Positions 11,201-20,836 of a stretch of 64,000 nucleotides of DNA are shown piece after piece. Below the pieces are notes generated by a model. The model saw only the letters and a program-made list of their open reading frames with translations, did not search any database and had not been told where the DNA came from. Source of the stretch: Caecitellus pseudoparvulus (taxonomy: Eukaryota; Protista; Bigyra: Bicosoecida); assembly GCA_965644315.1 (NCBI GenBank), contig CBFFRQ010000054.1:124001-188000 (forward strand), in the 5' to 3' direction. The position numbers and the translations under genes were made by a program. Each line of letters starts with the position of its first letter. The stretch's first letter is position 1.

Positions 11201-13434
11201 TCGGGGGATGCGTGGCCTCCGCTGCCCAACAAGGTGCCGCCCGTGTCACCCCCCGCTCGGGCCAGGCCCTTCTCCACCTCGGCACTTGCGACCAGCGCCT
11301 GCACTGCCGCGTAGTACCCGCCGTTGGCAGCCTGCACGCCGCCCCGCTCAAATGTGATGCCGCTCCAAATCACGTACAGCAGCGCGACATGGGCCCATAG
11401 CTGCGGCAGGTGCGGCAGGCGCCGCGTCGTGACGGCATCCAGGCCATCCTGTCCTGCCGCCACGGAATCGCCCCCTGCTGCTGGCGCCCGCCCTGTGCCA
11501 CCCGCACCCCACCTGGCAGCCTTGCCTGCCTCGTGCAGTGCCACGGCGCACTGCTGCACGGCAGGGAGGTAGGCCTCCAGCACCTGCGCCAGGACCCACC
11601 CGTGCCCAGTGCGCTGGCAGGAGGAGGCCCACACGACGAGGGCAGGCAGCACCCCCTGCTCCGTCCAGTCGATGCTGTGGGGGTCACGGACTCGCCCGCC
11701 GCCCGCCCCACCCCCCGTGGCCAGGAAGCCCCCCCCACTGCGAGGGCTGAGGGGGGTCATGGCAGGGGGAGGGGGTGCTCCAGCCTCCTCCATCACTGCG
11801 GCACGCTCCCCTTGGCGGCTGGGCGGCCCATGTCCCGGGGTGCCTGGGCCCATCCCAGCCGCATCCGCAGCCCGCACACGGGCCTTCTCTGCTGCCTTGA
11901 GCTGGGCTGCCGTGCGAGCTGACGCATCAATGCCCAGCTGACCCAGCACCTCCAGCGCAATGGACCCGGCCTCAGCCACTCGCTGGGCATCGCCCCCTGC
12001 CAGCAGGCTCTGCGCCAGGGTCAGGCGCAGGGACATGAGGGGTGTTAAGCGGGCGGGCCCGCCCGAGTGACGTGGTGTGACGTCACTCTGCAGTGCCTCG
12101 CCGCCCTGCTCCACTGCCGTGCGCAGGCAAGCCAGGGCGTCCCCACTGCGGCCCAGTGCCTGCAGCAGACGCCCCAGGTGCACCCACAGCCCCGTGTGCT
12201 GCCCTGGTCCAGCCAGAGACACGGCACGGGACAGGAGGGTGACGGCAGCAGGAAGGCTCCCGGAAATTTCGTCGGCCGTCGCGGCACCCGCCAGCGCGGG
12301 CAGGCACGTGTCGTCCAGCGTGAGAGCCTTACCATACAGCGCTCGCACCGCCACTACGGGCGCCCCCAGCTTCATCTGCGCCGCCGCCAGGGCGGTGTAG
12401 CCTGTCACCAGCAACTTCCGCATGGTGGCCAGGTATTCCTGTGCCGCCGGCGTCATGCCTTCAAACGCCGCCTGCACGGCTGACGCCTTGCGTGCACGGC
12501 TCGCCTTGGCGCCCTTGGAGCTGCCCTGCCCCTTGGAGGCGCGAGGGGAGGCGGTGTTGCGGGGACTGCCGCCGCCAGAGGCACCCTCGCTGCCCTGAAA
12601 CACTGACCCCACCGTGACGGCATGTGTGTGAGTCAACGCCAACAGGTCCAGCACAGCACGCTTGCCAGGCGGCAGGTGCCGTGCAAAGAGCGCCTCAGAA
12701 CCGGCTGTACCGATGGAAATGGCCGCTCTATACTGCTTGCACGCCTCCCCGAACCGCCCCGCAGCGTCACGCAGCAGGCCCAGGTTCAGCAACGCACTCA
12801 CCAACAGCGTGTGCCACTCATTCGGCAGCGACGCAGCCAGCTGTGCGCTCTGGGAAGAGTCATATTGGGCTTCATTCAGTTGCCCGCCCCTGCCAGCAGC
12901 CTGGTGCCCCAGACCGGTGGACTGCCGGCCCTGGCCTCGCCGCAGCGTTTCAACGATGTGGGTCAACGCGCGCTCGGCGTCCGACACGCCTCCCGCACAG
13001 TGCAGCGCCGTGGCGAGGTTGTACCTGAAGAAGAGGTCTGCGCGAGCATCGTCCACGCCTGGCAGCTCCTTGTCGTACTTGTCATTGTACGCGCTGGCGC
13101 TCACGAGGCTGCCTGCCGCTGCACCCTGCACCCGCCGCACGCTCTCCGCGCTCAGCTTGGCCAGGCTCCGCAGCACAGGGATGGAGTGGGACACTGCACC
13201 ACCTGCGGACTGAATGTCGGCCAAGACATTGCCCATCAATGCCACCGCGCACCCCGCATGCACCTTCAATGCCGCGGCAAAGGCTGCGTTTGCCGCGGCA
13301 GGGCGTTTCTCAGCGAGAGCAGTGACACCTTTGGTGCAGTGCTTCCGAAGCGCAGCGACTACATGCCCCCTCCGCCCTTCCATCTCCCCACCATGTTCAG
13401 GTGACTGCGGAGGCGCCGCCTCATGAAGGTCCAT
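8203..13434 (-). CDS. Large (1743 aa) TPR-repeat protein of unknown function
   Basis: Long ORF with TPR-like helices (ALLNLGLLRDAAGRFGEACKQYRAAI; LWVHLGRLLQALGRSGDALACLRTAVE; ALVCLGDAFSGANRHDLAARVYSNAA) separated by low-complexity linkers. Confidence 0.75.
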   Translation of the reverse strand: MDLHEAAPPQSPEHGGEMEGRRGHVVAALRKHCTKGVTALAEKRPAAANAAFAAALKVHAGCAVALMGNVLADIQSAGGAVSHSIPVLRSLAKLSAESVRRVQGAAAGSLVSASAYNDKYDKELPGVDDARADLFFRYNLATALHCAGGVSDAERALTHIVETLRRGQGRQSTGLGHQAAGRGGQLNEAQYDSSQSAQLAASLPNEWHTLLVSALLNLGLLRDAAGRFGEACKQYRAAISIGTAGSEALFARHLPPGKRAVLDLLALTHTHAVTVGSVFQGSEGASGGGSPRNTASPRASKGQGSSKGAKASRARKASAVQAAFEGMTPAAQEYLATMRKLLVTGYTALAAAQMKLGAPVVAVRALYGKALTLDDTCLPALAGAATADEISGSLPAAVTLLSRAVSLAGPGQHTGLWVHLGRLLQALGRSGDALACLRTAVEQGGEALQSDVTPRHSGGPARLTPLMSLRLTLAQSLLAGGDAQRVAEAGSIALEVLGQLGIDASARTAAQLKAAEKARVRAADAAGMGPGTPGHGPPSRQGERAAVMEEAGAPPPPAMTPLSPRSGGGFLATGGGAGGGRVRDPHSIDWTEQGVLPALVVWASSCQRTGHGWVLAQVLEAYLPAVQQCAVALHEAGKAARWGAGGTGRAPAAGGDSVAAGQDGLDAVTTRRLPHLPQLWAHVALLYVIWSGITFERGGVQAANGGYYAAVQALVASAEVEKGLARAGGDTGGTLLGSGGHASPDATMAVPCWWSLGVVRYLYRACAEYGIGVASHLLARPDRALRHLVRGLDAVSKGREAAHANAEAALGSSSVRITGPKTWTAMAARLRYCMALALEGVGQAAAADKQLAGILEGAAVSHEAAKASVPGSGPAAPPPPGAKLSGEALCRAAAALAAAQLRCHKPGAAVVVTADMLRSHTGSGRMATAHALTLYHASADSGGGVETVVRALTEAKGVLARAGVSIAALDRPEGAARGSGAVRGEAHAVTKLDALLDAVYVHFSLALLLHLRHVRQWNPRAMPGISTALHQAGAVGGDGGGVVSMWQRDEVGADPEGGGGAAARDKSQRDALNAIEEYRKALKAVRALHSATAHLVDAAQAAAPPQLSAREGPAPSASSKRSEQVSAATRRRRERRAAAKAAAAAASEGEGKASDGIQTVSVTDRAAGRQLRLRVDTGAPRPASEDVEGSSAGRDGTVDSVTLRPEEPEEARTAAPTSVLSAGTAQGGLTPTFVAHVRTLQVHIRTCLGCAHASTGALQEAMRQFEEAGALDGENRIVDTAQGAVQAALRRNSTMAAAYTSALALYRDGDFAGAAALLRKGTGGSTTGAPTRHTLLYGLCLCGQGAAGEGHKHLARYVAAWPTDHVGHTALAAACFALYQGRRTGPYPSMADVVSAALDHAQRAIGLTPAAMWQAHAVSGQVFHQRKKHAAARDSFSAGAAACALPLQKVQLMQMAALAARAGGGVPSEIALAFRAAADCARDVLAASSDLPGEGAPQGGMFTGLVLEGDGEDAAAQGEVSGQLVKLSAGDAARVSVLQAACLHEGGLQLLTAGTSPASALAEFNAAAAALEHSAAFSVRGATEQGPLSSGGSASSLAVSDRLAPSPSGAWAGLLPVPHTHPDRPSNAHVASATVEARKLLVEVHHCRAVCGLRQRNAAGAAAAAYAALAYNPHHTPALVCLGDAFSGANRHDLAARVYSNAARAAGDEPGGAIAKRLDRAVAQATAAAALASWRESHPQGRA

Positions 13435-13837
13435 GCCCCCTTCGGCTGTGCCTTGGCGAGGTCAGCGCACTTCTCGGTCGCTGGGACTTCCTGGTTTGCT
13501 CCACTCCGTCCCCTTCCTCACAACACCCGCAGCAGGCCGTGCGCCGGTCCGTGCACACCAGGCCGGGACGCAGAAGCTGCGGGTAGGCATCATATTCTCA
13601 GTCCTCCAATGTGATGAGTAAATTTGTCGCAATTGAGAGAAGTTAAGCGGTATATGTAATAAAAGAGTGCTACTGTCGGGCAACTCTGCGCGGGCTCAGC
13701 CGTCCTTCAGTGCAAGATCTGTCAGAACCACACCCTGGACCGCGCGGTCTGACAGCCATGCCACGCCTCATGAACCCAAACCAGCCATGTCCCACTTGAC
13801 AAGGCCAAAATTAGCATTCTTGCGATGCATTGATTTC

Positions 13838-14458
13838 TCAGCCAGTGCGGAGAATGATGTGCACGCCAGAGTCCGTGTCCACGACGCCTGACAGCTCGCC
13901 CACCTTCAGCGCAAAGGTGGCGTCTTCAAAGGGCTTCTGCATCTGGCCCCGCTGGAAGAAGCCGAGGTCTCCCCCCCGCTTCGCGGAGCTGCAGTCGCTC
14001 TCCTGGCCGGCAAGCTCTGCAAAGTCTGCTTCACCATCCACGATGGACTGCCTGAACGCCTTCAGCTTGGTGATGGCGTCTTCCTTGCTGATGGTGATGA
14101 CGTCCTGCCTCCATGACGACGGTCTGCGGCTGTTCTTGTGCTTCACCAACAAGTGGCTGGCCCGCACTTTCTCCTGCGAACGGCGTGTGGCAAGCAGCTG
14201 GCGTTACTCATCGAAACGCCAGCATCGGCTGCCGTGCTCACCTCGGTTGCTGCCTTGGCAGCTTCAGTGGGCACCTCCCACTGGGTCTTGCGAGTCACAG
14301 TGTTAAAGTAGTACACTGCACGGCAGACAGCATCCGAGTGTGCCACTTGATGCGGCGGGCAGTGTGGCGAAGCGTTGCTCCTGGCACTCACGCTTGCCAG
14401 GGTGCGAGGTGGACTCCTTGGCCACCCAGCCATCGGGCAGGGAGGATGTGCTGGCCAT
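13838..14458 (-). CDS. PIN1: Pin1/Ess1 parvulin-type peptidyl-prolyl isomerase with WW domain; introns 14316-14391 and 14174-14241
   Basis: WW domain [16 protein letters not shown]|[16 protein letters not shown]. PPIase [70 protein letters not shown]. Confidence 0.96.
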
Positions 14459-14764
14459 TGTGCAAGGGTGTGAGAGGAAAAGCACTGGATTCCAGATGCT
14501 GCGAGCTTCCGACGCTTTCTAGACCATGAAATCTGTTTGTTATAGGTGTGAGTGTTTTGCCCAGTGCAAAGCAAAGTAGCCGAGAGCGCAGTGCCAAGCA
14601 ACACAACAAAGATACCAAGCCAGCAATGTCCAGGCCAGGAAGGCACTCTTGTGCCAAGCTGGGCAAGTGCATTGCTGGATCCTGGGAGGAACACGCCTGA
14701 ATCCAGGGTGTGGAGTGTCAAGCCGAGGTTTGAATTCCCCCAGGGCGCTCGCGGAAATCGGCGT

Positions 14765-17241
14765 ATGGCAGCAACAAGTCACCGACCCCACCCGCCCCCA
14801 GCGCCTGCGGCGCAAGGAAATCCTTGGAAGGAGGCAGCTGGGCCGATAATAGTCGTGTTTGTCGCACTTGCCACTGCATGGCTGTCACTTGATGCAGGTG
14901 TGTTGGAGGGACTGGTCAGAGGCCGGGAACCAAGGTGAGGCGCTCCGGACGCTGCGCCGTGGGCGTCTCCAAAGGACAGCCACTTCCTCATGACCCATGC
15001 AGAGGTGTTCACATGGACTATGCCCCTCTGCTACGGTTTGCCTTCCCCACCAACGGATCAACCCTTGACCTCGGGCTGGCTGCGCCGCTGCGCCTCATGC
15101 ACGACACCTCAGTGCATTTTTGCAACCGCACCTGCGGGCAGCAAGCCACCCCTGCGCCACCCCTGCTCTTGTGCCACTCAAAGGCACCATCTCAACGAAC
15201 TTGTGAGCACCTGCCTTGCTCCGCCTTCACCACGCTGCAGGTGCCAGCGCCCACCATGGAAGCAGGTGTGCACTCGCTGGAGCTCGACATTCCATCTTGC
15301 TCCGGAGAGCTGCAGCGCGTGAGCGTGACATACAATGTGACGAAAAGCACTGCCCCGGAGCTCTGTAGTTCAGCAAGATTTGTGGATAGTGCCTGTGCTG
15401 CAGAGGAGGCCCAACAGGCATCTGTCGCTCACGGGCTGCCAAGACGAGTTCTTGCTGCAGTGCTCAGCGACCCGAGGGATGCCAACGGCCGACGCTCTGC
15501 ACGGTCCACATGGGCACAACCAGCCCTGCAGCTGACTGTAGTCTTCGTGCTCCCACGCAGTGCCCTTGAGTCACCCCAGGGAGTAGCGCTCCGAGCGGAA
15601 TCAGCTGAGCATGGCGACCTGCTGTTCGTGAACACGCCAACCATGAGAGTCCCCATGCTCAGCGCCTTGCAAGCCCTTGGGCGCGGGGGAGTGCCCAGTC
15701 GCCCTGATTTCGTTCTCATTGTGCCGTCTGACATGTGGGTAGACATGCCGAGGCTGCTGCATCGACTGGCGACGGCACCTCTGCTGCGGTGGGCGGCATG
15801 TGCTTCGGTAAACCCAACGGCTGGGCCGTGTGCCCTGTCAGCAGACCTAGTTCTGAACTGGCCCCCTGGTGTGGTCGACTTCTGGAGTGGCCTGACTGCT
15901 GTTGGGGTGCAGGTGCAGGGTCTGGGCAATGCCACAGCACAGTGTCCGGTGCGCGTGTCGGAGGCAAGTGGGCAAGCGTCCGCCATGCATGGGGCAGACG
16001 ATGGCAGCTTGGAGGATGCCACTGCGGCACACTGCTCCATGGCAGCCAGCGATGATGCCAAGGGTGCGCTTGTGCAGGCTATGGGCGTGTGCAAGCGTGC
16101 TGGGAGTGCGGCGTTCCACGCAGCGCATGCGCCGTGCAGCTCCCCCCACGCGCTGCAACATACGCCCAACTTGAGCAAGCTGCTGGGGTCACACGGCCAG
16201 TGTGTTACGGGTGAGGGGCCAGGGACGTTGTTGACAGTGTTCACGACGCTGGCCATGCCGCCACCGCCACACAGAACCCAGCAGCAGCACCAGAAGGCTG
16301 CCATTCATCGCAACACGATCAGGGCCTTGGTTGCGCTGCGGCCATGGGTGGCTGTGGTGGTGTTCGTGGGGGACGCGCACACGGCAGCTGCACTGGAGGA
16401 GGAAGGCGTTGCGGTGGTTCGAGAGGGGTTCCGACTGTCCCCCATGGGCATCCCGTACTTGAAGGACATGTACGGGTGGGTGGAGGAGCACAGTCGAGCT
16501 CCCATGCACGGGTACATGAACGCGGACATCCTGTTCGGGCCAGGCCTCGTGGATGCAGTGGATGTCGTGTTGCGCAGTGTGATGCAGGGGGGGCTGTCAT
16601 CCAGACTGCTCCTCACTGGCCGGCGCTACAATGTGCACATGCAGGATGCCGCGCAGGGCAAGGAGGCTGTTGGTCACCTGGCCCGCAACGAACCCCTGGG
16701 CGCAGCGGGGGCTTTTCACGCACACCTGTGCAAATCTGCTCGCAGGTTTGTGCCAGGCGCCCTGGACTACTTCTTCATCACCCGTGGCTCCTGGCACTGG
16801 CCATCCATCCCGGACTTCGTGCCTGGCCGACACTCGTTTGACCTGTGGCTCGTTGATCATAGCTTCCGTGATGATCTTGACCGCGTGGACATCAGCGAGG
16901 TCACGTGGCCCCTGCACCAGTCGGAGCAGGCACACGACCCAGTCGGATCTGCAACGTCAACCATGGACTATGATTTTAATCAGCGCGCCATGGCTCCCTT
17001 CATTGGCGGCATCGCGCGTGGTACAGCCGAGCATGTCAATTGGAAGCTGGTTGCCAATGCGGGTGGTGCGATGCAGCTTCGTCCAGGGCCACTGCCCAGT
17101 CGCAGTGGAGGCTCTGGCCCGCCTTGGACGGGCCTGAGATTTCAAGGCCACATCGACCCGATTAGCGGCCAGCGTCTGCTTTGTTCTGACGAGCAGAACC
17201 CAGGCCATCCACATCTCGTCTGCGAGTACGTCCGAGGTTGA
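14765..17241 (+). CDS. Modular type-II membrane glycosyltransferase, paralog 1 (TM anchor, Ig-like module, degenerate GT31-like domain, GT-A 'NADILF' domain); intron 14935-15002
   Basis: Exon 1 encodes the anchor IIVVFVALATAWLSL and splices in phase to the 768-aa ORF. RRSARSTW..VVFVL..ESAEHGDLLFV is Galactosyl_T-like. GYMNADILF..TGRRYNV..DYFFIT..W..IPDFVPGR..DLWL is a GT-A-type domain. Confidence 0.7.
15392..16620 (+). repeat. Dispersed direct repeat, copy A (~1.23 kb), ~96% identical to 44732-45960
   Basis: Ungapped alignment at offset 29,340 with about 49 mismatches by hand count. A second 70-nt island, 16765-16834, matches 46102-46171 at 69/70. Confidence 0.97.
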
Positions 17242-17270
17242 CCCGTAACGTTCCCCAGTTGCCCTGCGTC

Positions 17271-20200
17271 CAGGGTGTCCCAAATGTAAATTTTACAAGG
17301 TGTTTTTACATACACGCCTTTACAAGGCTTCGGGCGGCTCCATTTTTGTAAAAAATTACAAGGAGCTAAATCACCACAAACGCGTTTTTCTCACTTTCTA
17401 ACATCCCTGCCCACCTCTGCTAGCCATAAATGCGTGATATCTACCCTTTGTTTCCCCCTTGCGCTCCGCTCTGGTGCGTGCCGATGCCGTTCGTGAAGCT
17501 CCGCATGACGCGCTGCGGATTTTGCAAGCTGGGTAAAGCTGTAACCTTTACAAGCCTTGAAGCGGCCCACAAGGCACTCTGCGCCGCGCCCTTCTAACAG
17601 GCAGGACAAGATAGCTTATAAAATATGCCTGTGGTGCCAAATATTGTGCAGGGGATGCCGACCGCGGAGACTGTGGGGGACAGTGACTCAGCGTGGGTCA
17701 CAGACACGCCTGGCTTCACTTGCCAAGAATGCCGCCCTGCTATCGTCCAATACTTTGACAAAGCTGGCCCCCCGTCCAAAGCAGAGCTTTGCCGCTAAGT
17801 GGGCAAGCTTCTGCTATAATAAACGCAGTTCCCAGACGCCGGCATTGAGATGTTTCCCTTCTTCGCCCTGGCGTCCAAGCACTAAAAAGCCTCAGGGAGG
17901 AGGCCCAAGCAAGCTGTCCCGGACTGCATCACGTGCACGGGAAAAAGGGTGCGATTGGCTAAGCGTGAGCTGGCCATGTACTGCGGGTACACTGCTGCTG
18001 AGTTCACCACTGCCAACCGCCGCGGGCGGAGCGTGTGGCAAATGACAGAGGCCAAGAAGAGGGAGCTGAGGTCCAGTACCGGGGTGGCATCAGCGGCAAG
18101 CATCGTCCGCAGGGCTGCAGCGGTTGGATCCAACGCAGATCGCGTTGATGACGCTGGCATCGCAAAGTCCCACCTCATCATGATGGGCACAGCTGCAGGG
18201 CTCAGTGTGCGCTCCATCGCTGAGTTCATGGGGGACGATGCAGTGGAGCTCCTGGGCATGACCACCGACAGCACCAGCCGGAGCACCGTTCATCGTGTTG
18301 CATTGCAGAATGGCGAGCGTGTGCGAGGGTGGATCAGGCAGGAGCTGAACAACCCTGACAACCGCGACACATTCATCAGCCTGTCCATGGACTGCTCGTC
18401 GTACAACAATGAGCCAGTGACGTTCATCATGTGCAGCTGCCCTGGAGTCTTCGCTGGGAGGCCCGTCTTGTTGCGCTGCTTCTGCCACCACGACCACAGC
18501 CGCGCCGTGACTCTAGCTGAGATGATTTTGCAGACGCTGTATGAGTACGCAATCGAGCCATCCCGCATATCTGCCATAGTGAGCGACAATGCCAGTGTGA
18601 ACATTGCTGGTACGCGGCGCCTTCGTCACTTTGCCTCGGCAAAGTCAGCCCTTGTTGGTGCTGACGCCGGAGATGTGAGCGAGGCGCGCCTGACGGAGCT
18701 TCTGCAGTATGCCACTCTGAGCTGGAACCTGTACGCTGAGCATGTACTGGAGGAGAGCGCAGAGGACGGAGCTGGTGTGCAGGCTGCCCCAGCTGCCGCA
18801 CCAGCTGGGGGGGATGCTCCTGCTGCTGGTGCCTACACCCCTGCGCCAGGGCCAGCAGACGATGCGCGCGCCACCGCTGCATCGACAAGGCTGCAGGAAA
18901 CGAAGCAGTACATCTCCCGTGCTCCAAGCAGTGACAAGGTGGCCGGCCAGGCCGTGGACTTGGCCGTGTACACGGAGGCCGAGCACAGCGCGCGGCGTAG
19001 CAACCTGCGTAAGTGGCTGCACAAGAAGGGCGTGTCGGGATCTCTACAAAACCTCAGCAAGCTTCTGCACGTGGGCTGCTTCTCACACTCTCTGGCTCTG
19101 ATGGAGAAGGCCGTGTGCTCGCACTTTGGGTACACGTGCGCATCCCTAACCACCCTGCACTCAGTCCTCTGCAGCGCGCACAGCCGCCAGCGCCGGCAGC
19201 GAGCGCGGCAACTTGGAGCGTACGCTTCCCAGCTGAATTTCTGCGAGACCCGGTGGGGTACACGCACTGCTGCACTGGGCAAGGTGCTACAGCTACGACA
19301 GCGGCTATGTGCGTGGCTGGAGGAGGAGCTGCGGCGGGAGCACCCCAACCGGGACACCGCCTTGAAGATGGACCTGCAGCGGACGTTGAAGTGGCTCAAG
19401 AACACCAGCTTTATGGCGGAGGCCAAGGTCATGTTCGGCATGTGCTCCATCATCAACTCCTGCGTGCACGCGGTGCAGGCAGACGCTGTCAGCGACGGCG
19501 CGCTGGCCAGTGTGCTAGAGATCGGCGACAAGCTGGAAAACCTGTGGCTCCTGGAGGACAACGTGAATATGGCCGTCCGTGCAGCTTGGGCATCCTTCTG
19601 TAGGCCTGGAACTGAGTACATGGAGGGCGACGTGCATGCCCAGCACCCGCATGCAGCCAGCCGTGCCCAGCAACGCCGCATGGAGCTGGCCGGCACTGCG
19701 AAGGCTGCTGCTCGGAGCGGCCTGCACAAGTACAAGCACTACATTCAGCGGTGGCGTGGAGTGCTGAGGATCAGGCACATCCTGCAGGCAGACAAGGACA
19801 TTGGCGCTGCCATCCGTGGCAAGTTCCCCCTTTCTGAGCTGGAGCAAGGCGTGGAGGCGCTGCCTGGGCAGCGCACGCGACTGCTTAGCGAGGTGCTGGC
19901 GGGTGTCTTCCCCAACCCCACCTCTGCTGTACCGTACGGCCCCGCTGATGTATCTGCTTTGAACGCCGAGTTCTTCAGCTTCATGCGCTCTGCTGCGGGA
20001 GCGGGGCAGGGGGCGTCTCCGCTGTGGCATCGCCTGGATGTGGTGGCAGCGGCCCGTGAGCACCCAGCCCTGGCCTGGCGCAAGTTGCGACGGGAGTTTC
20101 CCGTGATGGCTCGCATTGGTGAGGCGCTGTGGTGCATCCCGGTTACCAGCACTGACGCGGAGCGCGCCTTGAGTCGTCTGACGCGCATGGAGAGCAACAA

Positions 20201-20636
20201 ACAGATGAGCAACAGCGGGCAGGTCTGGCTGCACGCCAGGATGATGGTGCTCTGCAATCGCGACTTGTGCACGTCCATGAAGGAGCGGTTCCTTAGGAAG
20301 CGCCGCCGTGAAGCTGCTGCCGTCGCGGATGCGATCTCGCGCGCGGCTCGAGCGCGCGCAGAGGTTGCTGGGAGTGGCTCACTGCGGCGTGCATTTGCAG
20401 CTGCGGGCGGCATGGCTCGCCAGCAGCCTGCTGAGGGTGAGCTGGGTAGTGCTGCAGGGGCTCCAGGCAAGCGCCCACGTAGAGAGTAGCCACCATTTGG
20501 GTGCATTTGCTCGCAATGCATGTGAGTGACTGAGACCAATTTGGGGGGTCAAAATTTGTAAATTTTTACACGAAAACCCTTTACAAGGTACCCTAAAATG
20601 GCCTTTACATGTAAAATTTACACTTGGGACACCCTG
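17271..20636. mobile_element. hAT-superfamily DNA transposon, 3,366 bp, apparently autonomous
   Basis: TIRs CAGGGTGTCCCAA(A/G)TGTAAATTTTACA at 17271-17297 and 20610-20636 (26/27 match), with the 5'-CAG terminus typical of hAT. AT-rich subterminal TTTACA(AGG) repeats at both ends and an internal hAT transposase. TSD is imperfect. Confidence 0.93.
17949..20489 (+). CDS. hAT transposase (5' end uncertain; first in-frame ATG at 17976, possible upstream exon)
   Basis: Catalytic D (SLSMDCSS), D (AIVSDNASVN), CxxH (CFSHSL), TRW (ETRWGT), and hATC region with E (W..LRREFPVMARIG..LWCIPVTSTDAERALS). Basic NLS-like C-terminus. Confidence 0.92.
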   Translation: MRLAKRELAMYCGYTAAEFTTANRRGRSVWQMTEAKKRELRSSTGVASAASIVRRAAAVGSNADRVDDAGIAKSHLIMMGTAAGLSVRSIAEFMGDDAVELLGMTTDSTSRSTVHRVALQNGERVRGWIRQELNNPDNRDTFISLSMDCSSYNNEPVTFIMCSCPGVFAGRPVLLRCFCHHDHSRAVTLAEMILQTLYEYAIEPSRISAIVSDNASVNIAGTRRLRHFASAKSALVGADAGDVSEARLTELLQYATLSWNLYAEHVLEESAEDGAGVQAAPAAAPAGGDAPAAGAYTPAPGPADDARATAASTRLQETKQYISRAPSSDKVAGQAVDLAVYTEAEHSARRSNLRKWLHKKGVSGSLQNLSKLLHVGCFSHSLALMEKAVCSHFGYTCASLTTLHSVLCSAHSRQRRQRARQLGAYASQLNFCETRWGTRTAALGKVLQLRQRLCAWLEEELRREHPNRDTALKMDLQRTLKWLKNTSFMAEAKVMFGMCSIINSCVHAVQADAVSDGALASVLEIGDKLENLWLLEDNVNMAVRAAWASFCRPGTEYMEGDVHAQHPHAASRAQQRRMELAGTAKAAARSGLHKYKHYIQRWRGVLRIRHILQADKDIGAAIRGKFPLSELEQGVEALPGQRTRLLSEVLAGVFPNPTSAVPYGPADVSALNAEFFSFMRSAAGAGQGASPLWHRLDVVAAAREHPALAWRKLRREFPVMARIGEALWCIPVTSTDAERALSRLTRMESNKQMSNSGQVWLHARMMVLCNRDLCTSMKERFLRKRRREAAAVADAISRAARARAEVAGSGSLRRAFAAAGGMARQQPAEGELGSAAGAPGKRPRRE

Positions 20637-20836
20637 AGCCTGCGCCGTACTTCCCAAACTCCAACCAGCAAATAATCGTGATTCTGACAGATAAGCGGGG
20701 AAGCACGCCGCTTTTGTTGCCAACTTGTCCAGGCGGGCGCTCTGCGCCAGACACAAGCTGTCCGGTTTTTGAGGCGGAAGTAGTAGCTTTGGCTTCACTC
20801 TCAGGCCTCAGATTTCCTGCGCGCGGATCAGTCCAA

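Noticed and set aside
8221-13404. Numerous long + strand ORFs opposite the TPR gene (and likewise opposite dynein, OGT and the GTs)
   Set aside because: Shadow ORFs expected from high GC and codon bias; no recognisable motifs.
13611-13752. Possible C/D snoRNA (GTGATGA ... CTGA)
   Set aside because: No terminal stem or recognisable rRNA guide sequence; the motifs are short enough to occur by chance.
17280-17365. TTTACAAGG repeats as a CRISPR-like or telomeric array
   Set aside because: Irregular spacing and mirrored at the other end of the element; these are hAT subterminal repeats.
20624-20836. N-terminal extension of the methyltransferase starting inside the TIR (TE exonisation)
   Set aside because: It begins at a non-ATG codon, while the ATG at 20837 precedes a signal peptide.
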